64,000 bases of DNA from Octopus vulgaris (lineage: Eukaryota). This document shows, one piece after another, positions 1 through 12,922 of this stretch (position 1 is its first letter; each line of letters begins with the position of its first letter). The notes beneath the pieces were generated by a model. That model was not told the DNA's origin and searched no databases. It saw only the letters and a program-made list of their open reading frames with translations. Where the stretch lies: NCBI GenBank assembly GCA_951406725.2, contig OX597819.1:36084001-36148000 (forward strand). Direction: 5' to 3'. A program made the translations under genes and the position numbers.

Positions 1-1821
1 GAGCAGCATCTAATATTTTAAAATAACTTCAACAACTAATTATTTACTGTCAGCTGCTGTGAAAGATGCTTATATGCTATTCTCCATTTTAACATTATGG
101 GCTATCACTCTTGTTATTAAGCAGATGAGTCTCCATCAGATTCAATGATGGTGAAGACTCAGTTGTTCATTCAGTTGTATTACCTGTTCATTGATATAGC
201 ATCTGCATGACTGAGCATTGCAGACACGTATACCCTTAATGTAATTCTAAGGACCAGTGTGAGGCATTGTATGGGAAGACTACACTTTAGAATTATGGTT
301 TCAGTCTATCTGACTGTCTATCCGACTTGTCTATCCATCTCTCATATTACATGAAGGTGAATAACTAAATGGATGCAGTATTGCACTTCCAGGTTTCAAA
401 TTTTGGATTGGTTGAAATTTACCGCTGGAATTCTTTTCCTTGTTTGAACATTTTTACATTTATCAGCTTATTCTACTGCTGAGATTAAGCAGTGAAAGAA
501 TATACTTTCTGGTCCTAGTTACAGTATAAGTACATCATCTCTCTGCATATTATAAAACATGTAAAAAGATAGAATATTTATCGATGTATCCCACTTGCCC
601 ATCATCTTAACTTTTATCACAATCAAATTTACTTTTCCAACCACGATTCCACTTAACCATCATTTTCACTTTCATCATAATCAAAATGACTTTTTCCAAC
701 AGTTATATGCACAATACTGTAACTATATTGTAACCTATCTACTTAATATTATCGCTCTTCACTTTAAAATCCTTTGTTGATAAAAATGGATGCCGCCCCC
801 ATCCCCACTCAATAGGCATCTCTGTAACATCCTCTTCTGACAACATTGTAACTTATCTACTCAAGGCCTTGCTTCAAAGCATCCACTCCTGATGACATTG
901 TAATCTACGTACTCAACAATCCCTATCCTTATAACTTTTTTGACATCATAATGACATACTTCCATACCACACCAAATATAGTGATACCAAACATACTAAA
1001 GCTAGAATCCTGGTTCCACAATAATGTGAACTGTTGTAGGAAACGTCTTTTCATATCCTAGCATAACACTATCACCTTCCCTACTCGCAAATAAGACACA
1101 CCAACAAGGTAGTTTCATGTTGTTGCTCAACTTGCTAGAAACAGCTGTCAAATTCCCTTATACACCTGCTTCATCCTAGTTTTTCAATATTAATTGGAAA
1201 ACTAGGATGACGACTGGACTGCCTTTGATCACCAAGCTGTCTATGCAATCCATGCAGATTTGAAGTTAAACAACAATACAGAAAACCAACATTATAACTA
1301 CAGCAGTAAATATCATTGTCTTGTGTATAAAACTAAAATGATATAATATCTGTAAATGAATAAGTACCTTATGAATATTTTATAACCAAATAAAGGAAAC
1401 TTAGCACTAATTAGAGATAATAAAACACTAGGTTGATCATGGATTGTAATAGTTTTTTTTATTCTTGGCTCTGAATCTGTATGTCACAAATCACGACAAC
1501 TTAAAACTTCTGAAACAATACTGTTTATATCGTAACTAAATCTTTTAGTCACATTTACTGAAGAATCATACTAAAATCTGAAAAAATATGAAGTAGTGTG
1601 CAGATTACATAAAATTCATGACTAATATGGTCTCTGCAACTACATACATGCATGCATACACAACACAACTTGTAAAAATCTAAACCTGGGTGATCCTTCA
1701 ACCTACTAGAATTAACAGCCAAATATCTCAAATTATTTCTACATTATTAAAAAACAAAGAACACCCTGGGTAATGTAGTCTTAGTTGGAGATAAAATAGA
1801 CAGGATGTTTGTGGTCTTTAA

Positions 1822-2039
1822 TCCTTTAGTATTCAAACCAACCATATCAAGCCCAAATATTCTGCCTGTTTTATATTCAAACTGGACAGATCGAACCTCT
1901 CATACCTACTCTACAATGTCATTCTCAAAATAAACAAACGCATCATTGAAACCTCAAAGCTACAAAATAGTGTATGATAAATTCAAAATAATGTAAATGA
2001 ATAAGTATTACATTTGACAGTAATCTGAATGCTAAAAGG
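1822..2039. mobile_element. piggyBac-type (TTAA) MITE nested in an older repeat
   Basis: ttaa|tcctttagtattca ... tgaatgctaaaagg|ttca; same family as the copies at 39840, 40252 and 40960. Confidence 0.75.
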
Positions 2040-2267
2040 TTCATCATAAATCTGTTTGACCAGGGTTGATCGAAGCCTAAGCAACAGCTCAAATATAATG
2101 CACAATATCAATATAAAATCACTTGATCTACCTCCCACCTGATCCAGCAACTATTGAAATCATACACAGACACACATGTATGTGTGTTCATGCATGCACG
2201 CACACACACCAAACATACACACACACACACACTCGCTCTCTCTCTTTCTCTCTTTCTCTCTCTCTGT

Positions 2268-2527
2268 GGGGTCATTCCGAAAAGCTCTACCTGCGACGAT
2301 TTCATCTCAATCGAAGGAGAGGAGCTTTCTCCGTCCGGGTTGCGGATCCGTGGAACAAGCTGCCAGACGAGATGGTGAAGATGCCGACGACCGCTTTGTT
2401 CAAAGCCTCCCTGGACCTCAAGTGGCCTGAACTCTTTACATGAACACCACCCTGTACTTAACTCCATGTCCCCCTACATGGCCTTGCTATTTGCTTTTGA
2501 GCCAAATTAACTAACTAACTAACTAAA
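2268..2527 (+). mobile_element. 3' end of a CR1/L2-clade LINE (RT C-terminus, 3'UTR, (CTAA)n tail)
   Basis: GHSEKLYLRRFHLNRRRGAFSVRVADPWNKLPDEMV...FKASLD fits the CR1/L2 C-terminal pattern RGH..KL...R...FS.RV...WN.LP...FK..LD; short tandem tail; CpG-rich; 5'-truncated against a (CT)n run. Confidence 0.85.
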
Positions 2528-2803
2528 ATAGCTTCATTTATCTTCTAGATCTAAACTTAGTTCAAGGTAGTTCCTATTGTTCAGGATTTATTGTAATGCA
2601 TTGGTAACCTAGCAAAAATTTGAAACAACTTCCCTCAGATATGTTTCAGAACTCCAACTAAATCTGTAGACTTAACAGCATTAACCATATAACACATTAA
2701 AATATGCTTTCACTAGTAAACACTGTCTGACATATGTACCATATCTCCAACAAACTTGAAACAGGGCATGTCTGGTTTAAATATGCCTGTGTATTTAATT
2801 ATC

Positions 2804-3005
2804 TAAAGTTAATCCAAACAAGAAAGCACAAAAAAAACACAACAACGCGAGGACGTGGAACAAATATAGTATTATTGGACGCTCAGGAAAGAAGGAGTGT
2901 TTAACATTTCGAGCGGAGCTCTTCGTTGGAAACATAGGAAAAGGAAAGATCCAGAGAAGGGAAGACAGAGGAAAAAAAATCGTCAACGGTACACACGCTG
3001 TCACA
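2804..3005 (-). mobile_element. Penelope-like pLTR fragment with a degenerate hammerhead motif
   Basis: CpG-rich insert carrying a minimal hammerhead-like motif at 2898-2934 on the minus strand. Confidence 0.6.
2898..2934 (-). ncRNA. Degenerate minimal type I hammerhead ribozyme motif
   Basis: Minus strand reads TGTTT-CCAACGA-A-GAGC-tcc-GCTC-GAA-ATGT-T-AAACA. Stems I and II are intact; the core departs from CUGANGA; stem III is ATGT, probably decayed from palindromic ACGT. Confidence 0.55.
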
Positions 3006-3751
3006 TTTTATCTAGTACCATGCCATAGAGTTGAGCTCCTTAACTCAGCATTTGAACCATCATTCATTTATTTAGCTATCCAACATTCATTTATCTCTCC
3101 TCAAGTGACATGTTGCCACATTCGTTGATGTCTTGAGAGCAGCTCTTCATTGTTTGTGTAAATGTTGCATATAGACATGATAGATCCAGATTTGCTCTCT
3201 ATATCTTGTCCCATTCTTAGTGACAATATTTTCATTCATTGGTAGACCTGAATTTCAAAGAAGCAGCTTGAAACTGATTTCATGTTGGAAAGGGTTGCCA
3301 CATGAAGAGGCCATAACATTTGAACCTTGTCACCATAATTCAGATTGGAAATGATCGTGGAAGGTGCTGGAGTATTGATTCAGTAGTCTTTTTCAGAGTA
3401 CTGTGATTCTAATCAAACCAATTTAAAATATTACCTTTCCTTATGAAATTAAATGAAACCTCAGAAAAGAATGTCAACTTAGGAGGGTATTCAACTTTCA
3501 CAGCCACACACTTTCAGTAAAATTGCTAATACAACATTCTCAAACATGGTAGACTAACTAAATATTCGAAGAACGATGACTGCAACTAAAGTATTTGTAT
3601 TTATTACAAAGTTACTCTTTGAATAGATTCTCCAAATTAACACTAGAAACATATCAGAATGAGAATTTTAGCTGTCACTAATGAGTATGACCGGGTAGCC
3701 TCTATTATGCTCTTGCTAACTTAGCTGCCTATGTAGTTGCAAGCAGACACA

Positions 3752-3960
3752 GACATCCTCTTAGCATCCTTAATCCAGCAGAACATCTAGGATGTGACAG
3801 TTGGATGGAGAGTGCTACACCAGCACAAGGTTGGTACACATGTTCAGCTAAGTGGATTGGAGCAATTTGATATGAAATGCTTTACTCAAGGATTCAATGT
3901 ACTTGTCTGGTCCTGGAACCAAGTTTGATTGTGGGTTGAACATCCTATCCATTATGTCAC
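3752..3960 (-). mobile_element. Old SINE-like dispersed repeat (related copy at about 25670-25880)
   Basis: Shared blocks acatcct..cttaatcca.cag.acat..ggatgtg..ag.tg..gag.gctacaccagca in both copies. Confidence 0.55.
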
Positions 3961-6216
3961 TATTTATATTAGATTAGGAAATATTTAAAATAGCTAGTTT
4001 AGTTTAAATGGTTTTTTTTTCTTTACATTTTGGTAAGATTTTCTGTATACTAGCAACAGCTGAATGTCCTACTTTTTCTACTGAATATATTAATTTCTGA
4101 TTTTGGTTGGTTCTTGATAACTTAATTTTGAAGTACTGCTGATATGAGGACAGATACTAGTTTAGTAGAAGGCTTCACTTAACTGTTCAGTGAACATATT
4201 TACCAACATATATTTTATCTTCAGTATTGATTTGAATGTAAACATAATTATGACATATTGTAGCTTCTTCTGTTGTTGTAACTACCTATAAATATTCTAA
4301 AGCAGGAAGTATTAGTTGTTGAGTTGGCTAGGTTTTCAATGATTTTAATAATCATCATATGCAATAGTCATTGATTTGCTAGATGGCCATTATTGGCAGC
4401 TGTGATCCTATGTTGTGGAGAACTATAAGACAAGTTGGCACACATTCCAATTGAGTACTTCAAGTGTTTGATATTTCTCTATTCTGTGTTCTGATAACTT
4501 CTGAATTGTCATCTTTTAATGCATCCATCAATTTAGATAGTGTATTAATTCTGGAAAAGTATAGGTTTTAAGAATTTTGAAGATTTCTTTGATAGCATAC
4601 CATCATCATCTTTATTTTCTGTTTCCCCTCTTGCTTACTGTGCCATATTTCATTAATGTATATAAACATTGCTTTTAGCTAACTTTTGTTTTTTTTTTCT
4701 TTTTGATTAGACAACTTTCTTTCCGAATAGTATCAATTTAATCATTACTTGGAGCTATAATTTCTAACATAAGGAACATTGATTATAAGTTTTGAAAGTA
4801 TATGATAGGTGTGCTGCAGGTTTTTAAAATTATAATTGAAGCCTTTAAAAAGTCTATACTTAATGCTTAAGCATCTTAAATGATCTGTTATTCATAATTT
4901 TTTTCCACACAAATATAACTAAAACTGAGTAAGTAATAGCGTTATTTTTTTCTAAATTTGTAACAGAACAGTATTTTAAAAACTTTCCTCATGAAGTTCT
5001 CCAGTAATTTTTTTAATCGATCTCCAGTGAGTAATGCAGTCTGAACTACTGAGAACAATTGCCCTGAGGTATCATATACATTTGTTAGGAGTACTGCAAG
5101 ATATTAAATAACACAACTGACAAAAAAATCTCAGTCTGTATTCTGAAAAACAGAAGACTGCAGAATGTATGAGATAACACACTTAGCAGAGTTTCCTTTG
5201 TGTATTTTGTGTATTGGATTGAATACAAGTGATATTCAGGGTGGTAAGGTCCCAGAAGTATTGAAAATCATTAGTGTAGCTAGGTTTTCTAGATTTTCAA
5301 TGTTTAACAGGATTAGTGTATTTTATCATTCTTATGCTGATAGTTTTTTTCTGTATTGGTTGCAAAGTATGAATACCTTTTTTTTTTTTTTTCTTTTTCA
5401 CAATCTTCGTTGAATGACCATCCGGTATTGGGAACTAACTGTAAAAACTTATATATGATTACATTACTGATTTGTAATTTTGGAGAATTAATATCACCTG
5501 GTATTGATGAGCGAGGTTATTCTTGAATCAGGAAATTTTAACCTTGCTTTTGAACAATATTGTATATAAATGTATGTAGTTATTAATGTTGTTTGGATTT
5601 TACATATTGTATAAAGTGCTTTGTTTCTTAACCATTTCATTGCCATATGATCTCAAAGAGAATAGACTGGTTTTGTTTTCAAAATAATCAAGAATTTGGT
5701 TGGCTTTTTTTAAATGATTTTAACTGGCATATTAAGCTGCTATTTGAGACACTACAAAAATTTCTTATATAAACTATGATGGAGTTTCTGTTTAAGATCC
5801 AGCTTAATAGTTATTAGATTTGAATCGAGTTTTTGGTTTAAATATGAACAATTAGTCCTAATATCATAAGTTATGGGTTTGTAAGATAAAAGGTCTGATT
5901 ACTTCAAGAACGTTTATGATTTTCTGTCTTTAAGATTCAGATATTTTTTGTTGAATTTTTATCCTTTTTTTCTTTTGTATTGACTTCTACATAAATGAGG
6001 CATCTGTATGGTTCAACTCTAAGAAATTGAAATGAAAAGTGGTTGGAGTGGTAACTAGGAGTATCAACCACTTTAAATTTGTAAGAGTTAATACAGTTCA
6101 AAGATCAAGTCATTGCTTTAATAATTACTGTCTCACATAGCTTTGATAATTAGTGTTTTCAAATTAGGATTCTTGGAAAAATAGGTTATTTGCTGAAACT
6201 TATCTGAAAAGATGTA

Positions 6217-6640
6217 GGTGCCAGTATAGCTATGGGGTAAGAAGCTAGCTTCCCAACCAATGGTTCCAGGTTCAGTCCCACTGCATGGCACCTTGGGCAA
6301 GTATCTTCTACTATAGCTTTGGATTGACCAAAGCCTTGTGAATGGATTTGGTAGACAGAAACTGAAAGAAGCTTGTCGTGTGTGTGTATATATATATATA
6401 TATATAATATAAATAAATAAAATGTGTGTTTATCTGTATCTATGCTTGCCCCCCCACCACCACCACCTGACAACTGATGTTGGTGTATTTGTGTCCCTGT
6501 AACTTAGCAGCCCAGCAAAAGATAGAATAAGTACTAAGCTTAATAAAAAAAAGTACTGGGGTCGATTTGTTTGACTAAAAGTGCAAGGCAGTGCCCCAGC
6601 ATGGCCGCAGTTGAATGACTGAAACAAGTGGAAGATAAGT
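6217..6640 (+). mobile_element. tRNA-derived SINE, family 1
   Basis: A/B-box-like head (ggttcagtcccactgc), ccttgggcaagt core, internal (TA)/(TG) microsatellite, tail ccagcatggccgcagt..tgactgaaacaag. Confidence 0.85.
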
Positions 6641-6749
6641 TAGTAAACTTTTTATTAGAGAAACTGAAGATACACTAAAATACAATACAGTGTTGTCTGA
6701 CAGTTAAATATTTTTAGTGGTACACACACATGCACACGTGTGTGTGTGG

Positions 6750-7150
6750 AGGCATGATTTTGTGGTTGAGAATTTGCTCACAGCCATATGGTTTCAGGTT
6801 CAGTCTCTGTGTGGTACTTTGGACAACCGTTTTGTGCAATAGCCCTCGGTCAATCAATCTCTTGCTAGGGAATTTGGTTGATGGCAACTCTGGGGAGTTT
6901 GTTATATGTAAGTATGTGTGCACAAATGTACTTAGATGTTGACAACTTGTGGCTTCACTTGAGTGAAACTGTGTTTATATTGCTTGTCATTATGACAGGC
7001 TGTTTTGTGTTTTGTGAGATCTGCGGGATAAAAAAAAAAATCATTTCCTTGAAAGAGCAGTAAGTTTAATAGCAAGAAAAGCATTCAGCTATTAAAAATC
7101 CTGCCTCAAATACATTCCTGTCTAATCCATGCTAGCATGGAAAAATGGTA
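6750..7150 (+). mobile_element. Diverged family-1 SINE head with an alternative RTE-like tail
   Basis: Family-1-like head, but ends in atccatgctagcatggaaaa. Similar layouts at about 13459-13880 and 57287-57920. Confidence 0.55.
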
Positions 7151-7331
7151 GAACAAACTTCTGTTTGGTAAGCAACTTTATATGCTTCCAGGTTTAAGTA
7201 TTTTTAGTCTTCGTCATTATTGTATTAACCATGTAACCAAAATTAATTAGTGCTCATCATTAGTTCACTTGACAAAACTATCAGTCTATATTGCTGAGTA
7301 AATTTTGATGTCATAATTAGATGTTCTAGAT

Positions 7332-7976
7332 CATAGGTTCTCAAAGTGGGTTCTACTGCCCCGACCCCGGTGGGTGTTGAGAGGATCCAGGTGGGCACTG
7401 GTGTCTAAGGGGGCAGTTTGAGCAAAAAGAGGCATTGGGAGCAAGGCAGTGGATTGAGTGATGCTATGAATTTATAATATTATTATAGTCATCATCATCG
7501 TTTAACGTCCGCTTATCATGCTAGCATGGGTTGGACGATTTGACTGAGGGCTGGCGAGCCAGATGGCTGCACCAGGCTCCAATATGATCTGGCAGAGCTT
7601 CTACTGCTGGATGCCTTTCCTAACACCAACCACTCCAAGAGTGTAGTGGGTGCTTTTACGTGTCACCTGCACAAGGGCCAGTCAGGCGGTACTGACAACA
7701 GCCACACTCAAGTGGTGTTTTTTACGTGTCATCTGCACAGGAGCCAGTCCAGTGGCACTGGCACCGACCTCACTCGAATGTTTTTCACATGCCACTGGCA
7801 CAAGTGTCAGTAAGGCGACGCTGGTAAAGTATTGTGTACAAATTATATATTATATTAAATATCAAATGATTCATAGTATATATAAATTAGTAAAATATAA
7901 AATATTTATTTATATATAAAAATAGGGGTGGGAGTGCTGAGGGTATTATGTGACCCAAAACGTTTGAGAACCTCTG
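7332..7976. mobile_element. hAT (Charlie-like) non-autonomous DNA transposon with a nested retroposon
   Basis: TIRs CATAGGTTCTCAAA / TTTGAGAACCTCTG; exact 8-bp TSD ttctagat at 7324-7331 and 7977-7984. Confidence 0.85.
7490..7826 (-). mobile_element. Non-autonomous retroposon with RTE-like (GAT)n tail and internal ~55-bp repeats
   Basis: Plus strand catcatcatcgtttaacgtccgc..catgctagcatgggttgg is the reverse complement of the 3' tail; repeated ttttacgtgtca.ctgcac units; homologous to 28364-28770. Confidence 0.75.
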
Positions 7977-9938
7977 TTCTAGATTATATTGCTTTGCAGT
8001 TTTAAAAAAGTGAGGTAGTAATCTTTTTACAATAAATATTAATTGAAAATTTTCTTGCTACATACTCTTACACTACCCTTTTTATATCAGTACTGGTAGT
8101 TTAAGATCAATATAGCTACCAAACATAATGTTTGACTAGGTGGAGTGTATTATTAAATTACTTTCTCAATAGAAAAACTATATTTCTTTAACATTAGGTT
8201 TTTTGCTTATAAAGTGCTGTGCATGTTTCGAGATACAGAGACCACTATTGAAGTATTATTTTCTTGCAGTATAGTTTGGTATTCACTTTTTTCACCTTAA
8301 TTTTCTGCCCTCTTGTCTCATATTAATTAGTTTTTACTTGTATAGCTTCAACAATAGTTATTATGGAGATCCCTTTTATTAATTCCCTCATTTTAGGCAT
8401 TTTTCCATAGAAGTGTGAAAGATGCAAGTTTGTACATTTGCTGTTGTTTAGCCACATATCAGCTTTGGCTGAATAGTAGACTCATGATAGGTGTTTCAAT
8501 CATGAGCATTCTGTCTTTCTCTTGGACATTGTGTATCTTCAGAATAAACTTCATTACCAATAGTTTTTTTTTTTGGTGATGAGGGGTGGGGGGTTTCTAG
8601 AAAATGATCTTTCAGTTGCTGTGAGTTAACTTTTGTTAAAGTATGACTCTTATCAGAAAATACATTATCTCTATACTAAAAAGCATTTAAGAAATAATTT
8701 TCATTGTGACTTAGCAATTATTTTCCTCTATCAATGTCACAATAATGTAAATCTGTATAATTTTTTTTTAATTCGAAATTGGTTGTTTTGTCTTTTATAT
8801 CCACCTGATGATGTGAAATAATCTGTTCTAATCATCTTTCGCCAATGGAGATTTAATTCATTTTAAACCAGATTATGTTAAGTCTGTTATCAATTTATTA
8901 GGCTCAAATATTCTTTTTCTGTTAATAACCTCCTGAAACTTTTTTCAAAAGTAAGTCTTTTCAGCTTAATATTCAAAGGTGTAGTTCTTTTTTTTTTTAT
9001 TTTAATATTTGAGCCTATATAGTAAAGTTTCTCAAATAGATGATGGATGATTCACTATTTTTTTTATTTATTTTGAAATATAATTTGCTTGAAAGTAACT
9101 AGATGTGAAATAAAATAGCTGCTGTGGTGCTGGTTTTTAATAATTAATGTTCTAACTAAAAGGGAAGTTTATAAAACACCTGTGTATATATTTCATGAAT
9201 ATTATATAACATACAGAAAATATTAATATAAATAGTTATTGCTTGATATTTCCATGTTGATATGGTCTATGACCTCACTGACAGCCCACCATTGGCATCA
9301 ATAATAGGAATGAAGCCTTCTGTTCCAGGCTTATCACTTAAAGTTGTGGTAGCTTGCATAAACAAAGAGTTAAACATTTAAAAGTTTGGGAACAGATGGT
9401 TCATTAGTTGAATACCATTTGAAATGCAAGAGTTGATTGGTTTGTTAGGAAGGCCTTATTAATTTTACTAGTTCAAATTAGAGAATCCAATGCTATGCAA
9501 GCAATGAAATTGCTATATGCAGAAAATGTTTCAATGCAGCTGGCAAGTTGACAATTCTTGCTGAATTTGCACTGGCAGATCTGGTTTTTCTGTTCTGATT
9601 CCTCCTTAGTTTTGGAAGCAACAAAATATAATTTTTTTTTTGTTTTTAAACATAAGAGGAAAGAGTCAAAAGAATATATTACATTCACTTGTAATTAAAT
9701 AGATATATCAGAAGTGCACCCCTTGTTAACACACTAATAAAATAAAGTAGTGCATTGTATCTCTGTTGTTAAAGCCCACCCCGCTTCTGAATTCTAGGTA
9801 TCCACATCATTGTTCTTTGTAGAAGAATGTTAGTTGGTTTATTTACACATGTCAAACCGGCTATTTTCATCTCTTCAATTCTCGTTTCCTGTCTTTGAGT
9901 CAGTATTGCTGAAAAATATACCCACTCAGGTATGTATA

Positions 9939-9969
<31 letters not shown>

Positions 9970-11309
9970 TATACACACATACATATATATCATTATAGAA
10001 AAACATTTATTTGCACTTCCTTCTGTTAGCATATCACATGTGCAGAATCAAAACTAATTTCAGTACAATGGTGTTTGACCAAAATCACATTTGTCTCGAT
10101 CTTTTTAAGTAATCAAATCACTTGCCATCATTCACTTTTGAAACAGCTTGGCTCATTGCACATAAAACCCATGCAGATGGAATGTTATTTTACTTTTGTA
10201 ATGTTTGGTTTGAAATCTAACAAGTACTGTTACAAATAATTTTTTGGTTAACTATATAAGACAGACACAGAGAAGGAGGCATGCACATATAGATATGTAC
10301 ATAAGCGAATACTTGTTACACTCTTTCTCTCATGCTCATTGATGTACATACACAAACAAATAAAGAGAGCTTGAAAAGTGTCAGCTGCCAGATGTATGTA
10401 TGTGTGTGTGTATATATATATATATGCTACCAGAAACGTACAGATGCTCAAAATACGTTATGTTGTATGCATGAAAGACTGGTACATATGGTTTCATAGC
10501 ACAAAATGCATTCATACACACACACTGTGCATATGGTTATTTATGTTTAGTTAGGTACATAGGTGTTGTGGTGAGACAGGATTTGGTTTGTTAGGTTTCA
10601 TTTGATGTATTTCAAGTAATTTTAATTGCAAAGATTGCTAGCAAGATTGTGGTCACCAACAGTAATTTATCTCTGTGAGAAATTGACAAATATGCTTATT
10701 CATTCAATGACCCAGACATGTATAGCATAATGTCAGTAACAATTATATTCATTTTATTTTTAGTTTAACTACGGAGATTGATAACAAACATTTTGCCAGA
10801 CTGAAAATAGTTTACTTCTAATAATAAATATTATATATATGCATATGCATTCAGTGACACAGTTGTGTATGTGTGTGTGTGTGTGTGTGTATCATCATTA
10901 TAATGTCATGCTAACTAGAGCAATCATTCTCTTCTTGAGTAACATCAATCTTTGGCCTCTTGACTCCATTCTGAAATTGTTTTGCTGCTTTGGTTTCTGA
11001 TGTCTAGGAAGCTTGTAGTCTTTTAGGCACTACTCACCTGATTGATCTTTCCACCCACCTGTACTTCTGTCATTTGATATGGTGGATTAAGGTAATGATT
11101 ACTCTTGGGTCCAGCTGACTTTTTTTTTTTTTTTTAATATCCTGTAATGTCATAATATCAGTAGTTTTAGCTATCTGTTATTGATGGGCTGAGTATCAGT
11201 ATCTGGAAAGCTCCTACGCACACATGCATGCGCACGTGCGCACACACCATCGTAGAAATGGTGTCATTTGTTTACAATCCTCTGCAAAAGCATGTCTGGT
11301 CATTGAGCT

Positions 11310-12125
11310 CTTTATCTGGACTGTTGCTATAGTAACAAAGCTAAAGCACGGAGAGTGAAGCCGCTTGGCACAGATTGACCATGACTCTGCTGTGAATGCA
11401 CACTATGTTTTAATGTTCTAGCTCACTTCCACTATTTACAGCAGTGCTTTGAAGGAAGCTGTGTAGCGTGTGATTGTCACATTGACCATGACCAAGACAG
11501 TTGAGCAGAGAATCTGCATCAAATTTTGCCAAAAGCTTGGCGATACCTGTTCAGAAGCTGAGGCAGAGTTTTCAAAATGTTTTCACCATTCTCAACACAA
11601 TCAAGGAGATCTTGTGTGACTGAAACCCGAGTGTCCTTTCAGTCAGCTGAAAGCAGTTTGGCACAAACTTGGTAGACATGTGTCTCATACCCAAATCTTC
11701 TATGATAATGACTGAACCGAACCGCAACTAATCTGCACATCCTCTGATAACTCACGGATAGTGATCTGACAATTTTTTTCCCTCACAACTGCACGCATAT
11801 CTGCAATGTTTTTCACAGTTCTGTTAGTTGCGGGTCTCTCAGAACGTTTGTCAATATCAACATTTTTTCAGGCATCTTGTAAACATCTGAACCACTCGTA
11901 CTCTTGTGTGCGACTCATACACTCTTCTCCACACACTTTCTGCAATTTTGCATAGGCCTCTGAACAGGTATTGCCATAACAACTTTCTCTGTCATGGTCA
12001 ATGCAGTGATAACATGCTACACATCTTCCTTCCAAGCACTGCCGTAAACAGCATAGTTCAAGGTCATTCTATGCCAAGCAGCTTCACTCTGCGTGCTTTA
12101 GCTTCATTATTGACCAGACCTCGTA
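11310..12125. mobile_element. Mariner-derived element made of two inverted 5' ends (transposase pseudogene fragments)
   Basis: Plus strand gives EQRICIKFCQKLGDTCSEA. Minus strand gives GNTCSEAYAKLQKVCGEECMSRTQEYEWFR...ITIRELSEDVQIS.GSVQS...LGMRHMSTKFVP with stops and frameshifts. Right end cctcg|ta. Confidence 0.8.
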
Positions 12126-12290
12126 TATGTATATATATTTCAAGCTTCTTTTAGTTTCCATCAATCAAATCCACCCGAAAGGCTTTGGTTAGCTTGAGCC
12201 TATACTAGATGATGTTTGCCAAAGATGTCATACAGTGAAACTGAATCTGAAACTGCACCGAACAATCTTGCCATATATATATATATATAT

Positions 12291-12579
12291 ATCAACAATC
12301 AAGGAACGGCCATAATAGGCCATTCACCCACTAGAAATAACAGCCAAAGCTTCAACCGCAAATAAAAATTAATTCCGTAAACCAGGAGAAAATTTAAAAA
12401 ACATTTTATTTGCGGTTGAAGCTTTGGCTGTTATTTCTAGTGGGTGAATGGCCTATTATGGCCGTTCCTTGATTGTTGATGTTGAACTTAAAAATGGTCT
12501 ATGACTATTTAATTTTTTCCCACTAGGCCGCTGGTGGCAAAAGAATTCTACAAAAGTTTTTTTTGCCACCCTATATTGA

Positions 12580-12588
<9 letters not shown>
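12291..12588. mobile_element. Short fold-back insertion in (TA)n, putatively Penelope-like
   Basis: Near-perfect ~77-bp inverted repeat (12291-12367 / 12404-12480), then a unique tail; (TA)n on both sides. Confidence 0.55.
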
Positions 12589-12616
<28 letters not shown>

Positions 12617-12869
12617 TTATTCAAAGAAATTCCAACTCTGATTTTTATGTTTTATTTATATTCTTTATAATATTAATGTAGAATATAGAATATATAGTAT
12701 AAATAATATATATATAGTAAAATGAAATGAAGAATTGATTGTCTTATTGAATAGATGAAATGTTGAATATAAAATATTAAGGGACTAGTATACTTTCATG
12801 CGTTATAGCAGTCTTCAAGGTCCCATGTTGTGACAGGAGTGTTTCAACTGTGTTTGACTGTCTATTGTC

Positions 12870-12922
<53 letters not shown>

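Noticed and set aside
8803-8825. CTGATGA...GAAA hammerhead core
   Set aside because: Only 3 nt separate the two motifs, with no stem II and no closing stem I.
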